Shown: piece by piece, positions 46,798-56,763 of the stretch
How positions within the stretch are numbered: position 1 is the stretch's first letter
Layout: each line of letters opens with the position of its first letter
Assembly: GCA_014654705.1 (NCBI GenBank)
Contig: JACVZY010000106.1
Coordinates: 2,083 to 66,082 of the forward strand
DNA from: Ignavibacteria bacterium
GTDB taxonomy: Bacteria; Bacteroidota; Ignavibacteria; Kapaibacteriales; UBA4661
DNA length: 64,000 nucleotides
Direction: 5' to 3'
The notes under the pieces: model-generated
Seen by the model: only the letters and a program-made list of their open reading frames with translations
What the model was told of the DNA's origin: nothing
Databases searched by the model: none
Position numbers and translations under genes: made by a program

Positions 46798-48276
46798 ATG
46801 AAATCTCCCGTCTCGCTTCGCATTATGAACTATGCCGTCAATGGCATAGGACTGGGGCATTTGTCGCGTTTAGTAGCAGTCAATCGCTGGATACGGCGCT
46901 ACACAGACGTTCTGGGCATTGATGCCGAACTTCTTTTTCTGACCTCCAGCGAAGCCGACGCGCTCTGCTATCACAATGGTTTTCCGGCATTCAAAATTCC
47001 TTCCAAAACAATTATTAACGATAACCACGCTTTTTCGGGCGCACGTGTGGCAAGGCTTTCTCGCGTACAGCACCGTCGGCTTGCAAAGCAGTGGGTGTGG
47101 AACTCGGTGGGTGTTTTTGCGCCGGATATTCTGGTTGTTGATACGTTCCCCAATGGTTCATTCTATGAGCTTGGCAGTATAGCAGATTTTGGAATGAAGA
47201 AAGTGCTCATAAGCCGTGCTGTGCGGACGGAACAAGCGCAAAAGCCAGATTTCCGAGCAGCACTCAGAATGTATGACCGCATTATCACGACCGAAGAACC
47301 ATTCTCGTCCGTGGGCTATGTGCCTGAAGAAGCTGAAGGGCGTACCGTCAGCGTCGGGACAATCATGCTCCGTGAGCAGGCAGAACTGCTTTCCCGTGAA
47401 GAGGCGCGTTTGCGTTTGGGATTGCCCTTAGAAGCGCTTTGCGTCTATATCAGCGCGGGTGGTGGTGGCGATAGCGATGCAGAATCAACATTTACAACGC
47501 TTGCAGCAATAGCAGCCTCAGAGCCGCACATTTGCTTTGTTTTCGGAGCGGGTGCGCTCTATCGTGGTCGAGAATTTCATGCCCCCAACGTGCGGTGGCT
47601 ACAACGTTTTAACGCGATAGAATTCATGCCTGCTTTCGATGCTGCGATTTCTGCGGGCGGGTACAATTCCGTTTATGAATTACTTCTCAGCGGCATCCCA
47701 ACAGTCTTTATTGCCCAAGAGCGTCTTTTCGATGACCAGAAAGCACGAATCGTGGCGCTTCAGGAACGGGGCTTGTGCGCCGTTGAATCCTCATGGAACA
47801 AGGAATCGTGCCGTGCGGCATTGGCAATTATTCAGAATCCTGCATGGCGGCATGGCGTGAGCGCACAGATACAGGCATTTGCGCTTGCCAATGATGCCCA
47901 AGCCGCCGCCCGTCTTATTTTGGAAGAAATATTGAACGAAGACGTGTTGCAACGCGCCGATGAATTGCTTTCGGGAGGCACACACTTTGCGCTTGTGCGC
48001 GAAGGCTTTGATGAACGCCTTACGTTGCGGACGTTTTTTGCGCTCGATTTCACCTTTCGCAGAGATGCTCAACGCCGCAAAGCATCGCAAACACTTGGTT
48101 TGCCATATAACGAACAAACAGAAGACACAGACATTCCCGACCTCGCTGCCGCATTTCTCTGCGAGTGCCGCCAGCGTGGGATTGAGGCACTTGACCGTGT
48201 GAATGCTTTGCCCACGTTTCTACCAGAAGTGCAAACGGCTTTGGAAGCCGTCGAGCGGCTTTTGTCAACGAGCTAA
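46798..48276 (+). CDS. Putative GT-B-fold glycosyltransferase (MurG/GT28-like N-terminus), function unknown
   Basis: MNYAVNGIGLGHLSRLVAVNRWI resembles the Gly-rich loop / GH motif of GT-B family sugar transferases. 492 aa. The assignment is tentative. Confidence 0.45.
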   Translation: MKSPVSLRIMNYAVNGIGLGHLSRLVAVNRWIRRYTDVLGIDAELLFLTSSEADALCYHNGFPAFKIPSKTIINDNHAFSGARVARLSRVQHRRLAKQWVWNSVGVFAPDILVVDTFPNGSFYELGSIADFGMKKVLISRAVRTEQAQKPDFRAALRMYDRIITTEEPFSSVGYVPEEAEGRTVSVGTIMLREQAELLSREEARLRLGLPLEALCVYISAGGGGDSDAESTFTTLAAIAASEPHICFVFGAGALYRGREFHAPNVRWLQRFNAIEFMPAFDAAISAGGYNSVYELLLSGIPTVFIAQERLFDDQKARIVALQERGLCAVESSWNKESCRAALAIIQNPAWRHGVSAQIQAFALANDAQAAARLILEEILNEDVLQRADELLSGGTHFALVREGFDERLTLRTFFALDFTFRRDAQRRKASQTLGLPYNEQTEDTDIPDLAAAFLCECRQRGIEALDRVNALPTFLPEVQTALEAVERLLSTS

Positions 48277-48393
48277 CGCCACGGTACATTCTCAAAAGCT
48301 CTCGTTGTTCGGGGAATTGTTCGTATATTTGCGTCCGAAAAACAACGCTTCATTCTTCATTTTGTTTGTTCAGAAAGGTTGCAACAAGGTTCT

Positions 48394-49875
48394 ATGGAAC
48401 AGTTCAAGAATTATATCAACGGGAAATGGGTGGCAGCTGCCTCCCAGAAAACATACCAAAACCTCAATCCTGCCGACCAACGCGACGTTATTGGCGAATT
48501 TCCTTTGTCGGAAGCGGCAGACATTGATGCAGCCGTCAAAGCCTGCAAAGCCGTAGAACGTGCATGGATGCTGATGCCGGCTCCGAAGCGCGGCGACATC
48601 TTGCGCAAAGCAGGTGATATTTTCACACGCCGAAAAGAAGAGCTTTCCCGCATTATGACCCGCGAAATGGGCAAGCCTACCTTCGAGACCGCAGGCGATG
48701 TACAAGAAGCAATCGACACCTGCTACTATGCCGCAACCGAAGGTCGCCGCCTGTTCGGCTTCAATGCGCCCAGCGAGATGGAAAACAAAATGAATATGTC
48801 GTTCCGTATGCCGATTGGCGTGTGCGGTATCATCACCGCATGGAATTTCCCGATAGCCGTGCCGTCGTGGAAGATTATTCCGGCGCTTGTCTGCGGCAAC
48901 ACGGTCGTTTTCAAGCCGTCAGATGATTCCCCGCACTCTGCCAATATCTTCGCAGAAATTTTGGAAGAAGCGGGTTTACCTGCGGGCGTGTTCAATGTTG
49001 TTCATGGCGCAGGTGCAGCAGGTGCGGCGCTGGTGGAACATAACGACGTGCGACTCATTGGCTTCACGGGTTCGACGGAGACGGGCAAAAAAATCGCAGC
49101 AAAATGCGGCGAAATGAACAAAAAATGTTCGCTCGAAATGGGCGGCAAAAACGCACTTGCGGTCATGGAAGACGGCGACCAAGACCTCGCACTCGAAGGC
49201 GTTCTTTGGGGTGCGTTCGGCACAACGGGGCAGCGCTGCACGGCAACTTCACGGTTGATTCTGCACAAAGACATTTATGACGAATTTACCAACAAACTCA
49301 TCACTCGCGCTTCTAAATTGCGCTTGGGACCGGGCTTGGATGCTAATACGGAAGTTGGTCCCGTCATTAACGAGCGTCAACTTGCGAAAATCGAGAAATA
49401 TATCGAAATTGGTCGTGAAGAAGGTGCGAAATTGGCACTGGGCGGCGGACGCGACGACGGTCCGAAACTTGGTATGGGCTGCTTTGTGAAGCCGACCATT
49501 TTCCTTGATGTTACGCCAAATATGCGCATCTTCCGCGAGGAAATTTTTGGTCCCGTGCTCTCGGTCACAAAAGCTGAGTCTTTCGACCACGCTATCGAAC
49601 TCATCAATGATTGCGCCTACGGCTTGTCGTCGAGTATGTTTACCTCCGACGTAAACCGCGCTTTCCGCGCTATCCGTGACATCGAAGCAGGTATCACCTA
49701 CATTAACGCACCAACCATCGGCGCAGAAGCACATATGCCGTTTGGCGGCGTAAAAGGCACCGGCAATGGACACCGTGAAGGTGGCTGGACGGCATTCGAG
49801 ATTTTCACCGAGTGGAAATCGGTGTATGTCGATTTCTCCAGCAAGCTCCAGCGTGCACAGATTGACAATTACTAA
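48394..49875 (+). CDS. NAD(P)-dependent aldehyde dehydrogenase family protein
   Basis: YINGKWV.. N-terminus, [20 protein letters not shown] (ELGGK-type) and catalytic GQRCTA Cys motif. 493 aa from the ATG (an upstream TTG is also possible). Confidence 0.85.
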   Translation: MEQFKNYINGKWVAAASQKTYQNLNPADQRDVIGEFPLSEAADIDAAVKACKAVERAWMLMPAPKRGDILRKAGDIFTRRKEELSRIMTREMGKPTFETAGDVQEAIDTCYYAATEGRRLFGFNAPSEMENKMNMSFRMPIGVCGIITAWNFPIAVPSWKIIPALVCGNTVVFKPSDDSPHSANIFAEILEEAGLPAGVFNVVHGAGAAGAALVEHNDVRLIGFTGSTETGKKIAAKCGEMNKKCSLEMGGKNALAVMEDGDQDLALEGVLWGAFGTTGQRCTATSRLILHKDIYDEFTNKLITRASKLRLGPGLDANTEVGPVINERQLAKIEKYIEIGREEGAKLALGGGRDDGPKLGMGCFVKPTIFLDVTPNMRIFREEIFGPVLSVTKAESFDHAIELINDCAYGLSSSMFTSDVNRAFRAIRDIEAGITYINAPTIGAEAHMPFGGVKGTGNGHREGGWTAFEIFTEWKSVYVDFSSKLQRAQIDNY

Positions 49876-49916
49876 ACCGTACGAGACTAATTTTTTAAGA
49901 CAGTGATGCAGGGTAT

Positions 49917-49951
49917 CCCTCACCGGATGGGTTTCGGTGGGGGATTTTTTT
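49917..49951 (+). terminator. Rho-independent terminator after the aldehyde dehydrogenase gene
   Basis: ccctcaccg-gatgggttt-cggtggggg (9-bp stem including one G-U pair) followed by atttttttg. Confidence 0.6.
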
Positions 49952-50075
49952 GCATTCCATTTTCGTTCTATCCGTCTACAAATTTCACAGAACTTGAAAG
50001 GCAGATGTTTCCGAATTTTTCATAGATTTGCACTGTTATTGCCGCCCTTATTTGCTATTTACGTTCTACCCCCTT

Positions 50076-52580
50076 ATGCCTCATACTTCCCGTATCACAA
50101 GGCTGCTGGCGCTGTTGGTACTGCCGTTAGCGCTATTAGTTGTCTTTGCGCCTGTCCTTTTCATGGACAAAACGCTCCTGCCCACAGACCAGCTCAATAC
50201 AATGATGCTGCCTTTTTCGGAGAAGCATGATTCGGTGCGGGTCTATAATCACTTCCTCACCGATGCCATTGCGCAAGTCTATCCCTACAAAGTGCGGTGG
50301 CGGGCAAATGCGCTCAGGGGCGAATTTGCGTCGTGGAATCCAATGATTTTCGGCGGTCATGCTCAGTATGCCTCCACGTCATTCACACACTTCGACCCCA
50401 CCAATGTCATCCTTTTGCTGGGCGAGATGCCATCGGCATATCACTGGCAAATGCTGGTAAAATTGCTTCTTGCAGGACTTGGAATGTGGGTGCTGCTAGG
50501 CTTTTTTCGTCTGAACGCTGGGGCAGTGGGCATTCATCCGCTTCTGCGGGCAATGTTCGCAGTGGCATATATGCTCAACAGTCTCTTTATCACAACCCTG
50601 CAGCACCAGTGGCTTCTGGGTGCATTTTGCTGGACTCCCTTCGCGCTATACTTTCTTCTGCGTTGTTTGAATAATGAAACCGTCGTGCGGAATAGCGTCT
50701 TCGCGTCGGCATTTCTCGCCTTCGCTTGCTTCGGCGGTTCGCTCCAAACAAATGCCATCGCGATTCTGGCAGTCGTAATTGTCGCACTCAGCACCGTGCT
50801 TCAGCCTCACCGAAATAGCCCGCTTCAAAAACGACTTGGGAAGGGTACGTTACTCGTCTTGGGCATTGGAGCGCTCGCATTTGCACTCTCGGCAATAATG
50901 TGGCTGCCGTCCTTAGAACTTTTTCTCTACAACGAAAATACACGCGCCGATGGCAAAGCATTTTCAATCATGAACAGCTTCAAGAGCCTACCCCTGCTGA
51001 CTTCTTTTGCTATGCCGGAACTTATTGGAACGCCGCGTGGCTTCGACCTTGCAAAAATCGCGCAAGCGGACATGAACGATTTTAATGCTTTCATGGGCTT
51101 TGCACCTTTTATTTTCGGTTTGATAGGCTGCTTCACGCTGTGGAGCCGCAGCGCTGTGGAGACACGTTTTCTGCGGGGCTTCATTGTTCTGTGCGCTCTT
51201 GGCGTGCTTGTACCGCTTGCCACGCCATTATATAAATTTATTTATCACCGCAGTTTTATTCTCTACGTGCTAGGAATGACGGTCGTGGGGGCTGTTGCTG
51301 CGCAGGATATTCTTTTCGGCGAGGGGCGGCGGGTGTCGGCAGAGCGCATCAGGAACATTTTGCGTATCGCCTCAATAGCGCTTGGCATCATCATTCTCGG
51401 ACTGGTGCTTGGTAACGTCGTTTTAGCGTGGAAATATGATGTTATTCATGCAAAACTCAACGCTTTTGTGCAAAACAACCTGCAAAGCGCACAACTGGCT
51501 GCCGGAAGCCGCTCATGGATGCTGGGGCGTATAGATGCCTTTCTTGCCCATTATTCTTGGCGTAATCCATTCCTTTGGTGGGCAGCAGCCTCACCAATGC
51601 TTGTTCTTTGGCTTTTGCGGTCGTCCCTGCGGGATACTCTTTCACAGTCACACCGCTTGCTTGCTGTCGGCGCAATGCTGCTTATTACGGTGTGCCAATT
51701 ATGGAGCAGTGCTGTATTGTGGCTGCCCATGATAGACACAGAGCGTTATCCGCTTTATCCCGCGACGCAGACGACCGATTTTTTACGCCACGACACAACG
51801 CTCCATCGTTTTTTGCCACTCTTCGATGCCCAATCGCAGCGTGTTATGCAGCCGAACATCAATGATGTGTACGGTATTGCGTGTGTGCAGGGCTATGAAA
51901 GTATTTTCTCGCGCCCCGCAGCACAGTTAGCAGGAGCGCTCTCACAGCCAGCCACCATGCAGCAACTTCGCTTGAGCGCTCTGGCAAATGTGAAATACTA
52001 TGTCGCCAGCGCAAAAAACCCGTACACTCATCCGGCAATGAAGCTGGTAGATTCAGGCGCAACGCTCATTTATCAAAACTTGCTCGCCGAAGACCGTGCG
52101 TATATGCGCTATCGTTACCGCGTGGTCAGCCAGAGAGAGCCGGGAAAGCTCTTCTTCATGCCAGACCGCGAGATCTTTACCAAAATTTTCACTGAAGACT
52201 CCACGTTCCCCGCGCACACCGTGCTTCTTAGCGAGGAGCCACGTGAAAAAATTATGCGAGAGACAGGTGCACCTGTGAAGCATTCGATTCGATTTTTGAA
52301 TTATGAAAACAACCGTGTGCGCTTGGAAGTAGAATCTGACGAGAGTGGTTTTTTGGTACTGGCAGACAGTTATTATGCGGGCTGGAAGGGATTTGTGAAT
52401 AACCTGGAAGTACCGATAATGCACGCAAATTACGTCTTGCGCTCGGTCGTTGTCCCGAAAGGTAAAAGTATGGTCGAATTTCGATTTGAGCCACCTCTTT
52501 TTCGATTTGGCGCATGGATAAGTTTTGGGGCTTGCGTTTTGTGCGTTCTCTTGCTTATCTTGCAGACGCGCAAACGATGA
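50076..52580 (+). CDS. YfhO-family large polytopic membrane protein (putative membrane glycosyltransferase)
   Basis: 834 aa. Start MPHTSRITRLLALLVLPLALLVVFAPVLFMDKTLLP. Many TM helices over about 550 aa, then a C-terminal extracytoplasmic domain and a final TM (FGAWISFGACVLCVLLLIL). The architecture is typical of YfhO/PF09586. Confidence 0.7.
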   Translation: MPHTSRITRLLALLVLPLALLVVFAPVLFMDKTLLPTDQLNTMMLPFSEKHDSVRVYNHFLTDAIAQVYPYKVRWRANALRGEFASWNPMIFGGHAQYASTSFTHFDPTNVILLLGEMPSAYHWQMLVKLLLAGLGMWVLLGFFRLNAGAVGIHPLLRAMFAVAYMLNSLFITTLQHQWLLGAFCWTPFALYFLLRCLNNETVVRNSVFASAFLAFACFGGSLQTNAIAILAVVIVALSTVLQPHRNSPLQKRLGKGTLLVLGIGALAFALSAIMWLPSLELFLYNENTRADGKAFSIMNSFKSLPLLTSFAMPELIGTPRGFDLAKIAQADMNDFNAFMGFAPFIFGLIGCFTLWSRSAVETRFLRGFIVLCALGVLVPLATPLYKFIYHRSFILYVLGMTVVGAVAAQDILFGEGRRVSAERIRNILRIASIALGIIILGLVLGNVVLAWKYDVIHAKLNAFVQNNLQSAQLAAGSRSWMLGRIDAFLAHYSWRNPFLWWAAASPMLVLWLLRSSLRDTLSQSHRLLAVGAMLLITVCQLWSSAVLWLPMIDTERYPLYPATQTTDFLRHDTTLHRFLPLFDAQSQRVMQPNINDVYGIACVQGYESIFSRPAAQLAGALSQPATMQQLRLSALANVKYYVASAKNPYTHPAMKLVDSGATLIYQNLLAEDRAYMRYRYRVVSQREPGKLFFMPDREIFTKIFTEDSTFPAHTVLLSEEPREKIMRETGAPVKHSIRFLNYENNRVRLEVESDESGFLVLADSYYAGWKGFVNNLEVPIMHANYVLRSVVVPKGKSMVEFRFEPPLFRFGAWISFGACVLCVLLLILQTRKR

Positions 52581-52643
52581 TAAGGTGCGCAACGGTTTAT
52601 TGCTTGTAAAACAGTCATTCTTTCACGTATTGCAACAATTATT

Positions 52644-53306
52644 ATGGCACTCTCCACCGAACTACCTGCGTTCAACCACGAAGACAAGTCAGCTCTTTAT
52701 GCTGAGATTGTAAGCCGTATAGAAGGCTGCTTGTACAAATGCACAATGGATGAGCACTCGACAATGCTGTACATTTCGGATTCGATAAAGCTGCACACCG
52801 GCTACGAAGTCAGTGATTTTACCAAAGGCACCGTGAGCTTTCACTCTATCATCCATCCCGACGAAGCCGAGCAGGTACGAGCAGACATCAAGCAAGCATT
52901 ACAAAACAAGACCATTTACGATGTGGAATACCGCGTCAAACACCGCGAGGGACATGACGTTTGGCTGCATGAGCGCGGCTACGGTACATTTGATACCAGC
53001 GGTAATGCAGAGTATTTGCATGGCTTTATTACCCGCATGAATGCAGGAACAGGCGACTTACTCGCAACTCTCGGCAGTAAGAGTGTCGAAATCGAAGCAT
53101 CCAGTAATGAAATTGAAAAAATTCTCAAGTCGCTTAATCTCTTGGCGGTCAATGCGACCATCGAAGCAAGCCGTGCCGGGGCACAAGGAGCAGGCTTTGC
53201 CGTTGTGGCAAACGAGGTACAGAATTTGGCTATCCGCTCAAAGTCCTCGCTGAGTAAAATTCAAGCACTCATGCGAGAATTCCGCCAGCTTCTCCGTCGA
53301 CGTTAA
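52644..53306 (+). CDS. PAS-domain protein fused to a truncated MCP signalling tip (mini-MCP, no TM, no methylation helices)
   Basis: 220 aa. PAS fold (MLYISDSIKLHTGYEVSDFTKGTVSFHSIIHPDE..VEYRVKHREGHDVWLHERGY). Then about 85 aa containing the conserved MCP hairpin tip LLAVNATIEASRAGAQGAGFAVVANEVQNLA. Ends 57 bp upstream of the propeller-kinase ATG at 53363. Confidence 0.6.
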   Translation: MALSTELPAFNHEDKSALYAEIVSRIEGCLYKCTMDEHSTMLYISDSIKLHTGYEVSDFTKGTVSFHSIIHPDEAEQVRADIKQALQNKTIYDVEYRVKHREGHDVWLHERGYGTFDTSGNAEYLHGFITRMNAGTGDLLATLGSKSVEIEASSNEIEKILKSLNLLAVNATIEASRAGAQGAGFAVVANEVQNLAIRSKSSLSKIQALMREFRQLLRRR

Positions 53307-53362
53307 GAGCATTTTTGCAAGAGTTTTTTTTGCACACTGTTCAAGAAATTCAGAATCCAATT

Positions 53363-56300
53363 ATGTGCACCGCCCCCTCATACTGGGCTATTCTTACTAC
53401 GTTCTTTTTGCCTCCAAAGCGAAGAGCGGTTGTGTGCAGTGTGTTTTCTGGAATAGTGTTGTTCATTCTCACCTTTGTTTCTTTCTGCGTTCCGTTTCTT
53501 AGTTCTCAAACAACACATATCCCCAACATTGAGCAGTACAAAAAGCCGAGCGGTCTCGACCCAACACGCAAGATTAACCAGTACGTCAGCACCATCTGGA
53601 AAGCCGAGCAGGGATTGCCGCAAAACAGCGCACTGGCATTGTGCCAAACCCGCGATGGCTATCTCTGGATAGGCACCGAAGAAGGGGCGGCGCGTTTCGA
53701 CGGGGCGCAGTTCAAAATCTTTGACCAAGAGATTGTTCCTAATCTTAGCGCGGGCTATATCATTTCGTTTTACGAACAGCGCGACGGGACACTCTGGATG
53801 GGAACGCGCGGCGGTGGGCTTATACGCCACCGATACAATCAAGGAGGAAGTGAATTCGTTGCCTTTGACAGCACCAAAGGGCTGAATGCCGCTGATGTCT
53901 GGGCAATTATCGAAGACCGTTCGGGAACTCTCTGGATAGGAACGGAGAACGGTTTATTTGCATACATCAACGGGCACTTTCGGCGTTTCACCACCAGCGA
54001 CGGCTTGCCACACCTGATTGTACAGAGCTTGCACCAAGACCGCATGGGCACACTCTGGGTTGGCACCCAACAAGGTCTTTGCCGTCTGACTGGTTTGCTC
54101 AGCTCACACTCCGGTCAGGAAAAAATCTTTGCACGAGAGCCACTGCTCAAAGACACAAGCGATATCCGCGCTATTCTCCACGATAGCAAAGGTGTGCTGC
54201 GTGTCGGTTCGCGGAATGGTCTCTGGAGCCGCCCGAGCGGCGGCGAGTGGTCACTTCTAAGCCAAAAAGACGGCTTATCCGGCAATTACATATTTTCTAT
54301 TCTCGAAGACCGCAACAATAGCATTTGGCTTGCCACATACGACAATGGTATTAGTCGTATTACCGGAAACCGCATAGAAACATTTGACCGCAACGATGGC
54401 TTGGCAAACGAAAACACACTTGCGCTCCTGGAAGACCGCGAAGGCGCATTGTGGGTCGGTACCGACGGCGGTGGCGTACAGCGTTTCATCAATGGAAGCT
54501 GTCTCACACTGACCACCCGCGAGGGACTGGCGGGGGACGTGGTGCGGAGTTTTTGCCAAGACAGCACCGGCGCACTATGGATAGCCACAAGCAGCACAGG
54601 ACTTCATCGTCTCCAAGACGGCAAAATCAGTCTTTATGATAAAACCCGAACCCACGTCTTTGCAGGAAATGAAACTCGCGGACTGCTCACTGACGTTGAT
54701 GGTACTGTATGGGTGGGCGTTCTGGGAGCGGGCGTGTACTACTACAAAGGCGGGCACTGGGGACACTACACCACGAAGGACGGATTGGCAAGCAATGACG
54801 TCAACACCATCGTGCGTGACCGCGAGGGCGCTTTGTGGTTCGGCTGTTCACAAAACGGCATAAGCCGTTTCAAGGACGGTCGTTTTACATCATTTGGTAT
54901 GCGCGAAGGGCTAGCGAATGAAAGTGTGTATGGACTTTTACCGGACAGCGCAGGCGGTATCTGGATAGGCAGTTTTGGCGGTGGGGCGCAGTACTACCGC
55001 AATGGCACATTTACCAATTATTCTGTGGCAAACGGACTAATGGGCATGAGCGTGCTGGGATTTTACCAAGATGCCACGGGAGCAGTCTGGGTGGCAGGTG
55101 TGGGCGGTATCAGCCGCATCAAAAAAGGTATTGTGCGGTCATTGACCAAAAAAGAAGGCTTATATGACGACGCTTCTTTCACAATTATAGAAGACAATTA
55201 CGGCTATCTCTGGGCAACTTCTAACAAAGGAGTCTATCGGGTTCGTAAATCCGAAGCGGACTCAGTCGCCGATGGCTTCCTCAAGCGCCTGAACTGCCGG
55301 AATTTTGGCACTGCCGATGGTATGCGTAGCGCTGAGTGCAACGGCGGTGCACAGCCCTCAGCACTGAAAACGCGCGATGGACGGTTGTGGTTTTCCACCA
55401 TCGAAGGTGCGGTTATTATTGACCCGCTTCGCCTTGAGACGAATCCTCTGCCACCGCCCGCTATTCTTGAAAAAATGCTCTCCGGCACAGAAAGAATGCC
55501 TTTGATACCCGATGCCTCCATTCCGCCCGGCAATACAGAGTTGGAATTTCACTACACCGCTCCAAGTCTTATCGGAGCTGACCGAGTTCGTTTTCGTTTT
55601 TTGCTGGAAGGCTTCGACCACGACTGGACGGATGCCGGGGCACGGCGCATTGCGTATTACACCAATCTTCCACGTGGTCGCTCGTATCGCTTCCGTGTCC
55701 AAGCCTGCAATAATGACGGTGTTTGGAACTATGTTGGCGCTTCGTATAGCTTTTCTTTGCAACCGCATTTCTACGAAACGTGGTGGTTTATTCTGCTCTG
55801 TGGTGTTGGAATGATTGGTATGGCGCTAGGGGCATATCAAGCACGGACGCGCCAAATGAACGCACGAGCACACGCACTGGAACTCCTTGTGCAAGAGCGA
55901 ACCAAGAGTTTACAGCAAAGTAATGAAGAACTAGCCGTCGCCAATAGAGAGGTGCAGCGCCAAATCACACTTTCCGACTTACAAGCGCGAGAAATTGAAG
56001 TTGCCAATGCACAATTACAAGAGAGCAATGAGCGCCTCCGGCAGCTTGACGTAGAGAAAAATGAGTTCTTGGGCATTGCCGCACATGACCTCAAGAATCC
56101 GCTTTCGTCTATCATTATGACTATTTCGATGATGCAGCGCTACAACGAGAAAATCGAATCGCACGAACGCATCACCTATTTGAATCGTATTGAAACTACT
56201 GCCGAGCGGATGCTGGGGATTGTAACAGACCTTCTCAATATCAACGAAATTGAATCCGGTGAACTGCGTTTGCAATTTGAATCGATGAATCTTGCTGAAA

Positions 56301-56734
56301 TTGCCGCCGACGCTGCACAACACTACCAAATTATTGCACAACGCAAAAATATTCGTTTCATTTCGGATTTCCCTGACCACGCCTGCATGGTCATGGCGGA
56401 TAAAGAAAAACTCTGGGAAGTCTTGGAAAACCTTCTTTCCAACGCTATCAAATTCTCCCCGCCCGGGAAGCATGTCTTTATAGGGGTCTCTGAACATGGG
56501 ACGCTGGCACGGCTGGAAGTACGGGATGAAGGTCCGGGCTTGAGCGCAGAAGATAAAAGCAAGGTATTCCATAAGTTTGCCCGCTTGTCGGCACAGCCCA
56601 CAGGCGGCGAGCACAGTACAGGTCTGGGTCTTAGCATTGTCAAAAAAATGGTCGAAGCAATGAGCGGCACAGTACATTGCGAATCGGAACTCGGTAAAGG
56701 AGCACGGTTTATCGTGGAATTACCAAAAATATGA
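53363..56734 (+). CDS. Sensor histidine kinase with periplasmic beta-propeller repeats, Y_Y_Y domain, TM, S-helix, HisKA, HATPase; paralog 3
   Basis: LWIGT/LWMGT blades. FLLEGFDHDWTDAG..YRFRVQACNNDGVWN. A TM (WWFILLCGVGMIGMALGAY). FLGIAAHDLKNPLSS H-box. HATPase (DEGPGL, GLGLSIVKKMVEAMSG). The start is uncertain (TTG at 53315, or ATG at 53363). Confidence 0.8.
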   Translation: MCTAPSYWAILTTFFLPPKRRAVVCSVFSGIVLFILTFVSFCVPFLSSQTTHIPNIEQYKKPSGLDPTRKINQYVSTIWKAEQGLPQNSALALCQTRDGYLWIGTEEGAARFDGAQFKIFDQEIVPNLSAGYIISFYEQRDGTLWMGTRGGGLIRHRYNQGGSEFVAFDSTKGLNAADVWAIIEDRSGTLWIGTENGLFAYINGHFRRFTTSDGLPHLIVQSLHQDRMGTLWVGTQQGLCRLTGLLSSHSGQEKIFAREPLLKDTSDIRAILHDSKGVLRVGSRNGLWSRPSGGEWSLLSQKDGLSGNYIFSILEDRNNSIWLATYDNGISRITGNRIETFDRNDGLANENTLALLEDREGALWVGTDGGGVQRFINGSCLTLTTREGLAGDVVRSFCQDSTGALWIATSSTGLHRLQDGKISLYDKTRTHVFAGNETRGLLTDVDGTVWVGVLGAGVYYYKGGHWGHYTTKDGLASNDVNTIVRDREGALWFGCSQNGISRFKDGRFTSFGMREGLANESVYGLLPDSAGGIWIGSFGGGAQYYRNGTFTNYSVANGLMGMSVLGFYQDATGAVWVAGVGGISRIKKGIVRSLTKKEGLYDDASFTIIEDNYGYLWATSNKGVYRVRKSEADSVADGFLKRLNCRNFGTADGMRSAECNGGAQPSALKTRDGRLWFSTIEGAVIIDPLRLETNPLPPPAILEKMLSGTERMPLIPDASIPPGNTELEFHYTAPSLIGADRVRFRFLLEGFDHDWTDAGARRIAYYTNLPRGRSYRFRVQACNNDGVWNYVGASYSFSLQPHFYETWWFILLCGVGMIGMALGAYQARTRQMNARAHALELLVQERTKSLQQSNEELAVANREVQRQITLSDLQAREIEVANAQLQESNERLRQLDVEKNEFLGIAAHDLKNPLSSIIMTISMMQRYNEKIESHERITYLNRIETTAERMLGIVTDLLNINEIESGELRLQFESMNLAEIAADAAQHYQIIAQRKNIRFISDFPDHACMVMADKEKLWEVLENLLSNAIKFSPPGKHVFIGVSEHGTLARLEVRDEGPGLSAEDKSKVFHKFARLSAQPTGGEHSTGLGLSIVKKMVEAMSGTVHCESELGKGARFIVELPKI

Positions 56735-56763
56735 GACTAAAATTTCCTCAAGTCCCTCATTCT

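Noticed and set aside
53315-53362. TTG-initiated 16-codon extension of the third propeller kinase
   Set aside because: It would place the start 8 bp after the upstream gene's stop. That is possible, but the ATG at 53363 is followed directly by a hydrophobic signal/TM segment, so the ATG is preferred. This is left uncertain.
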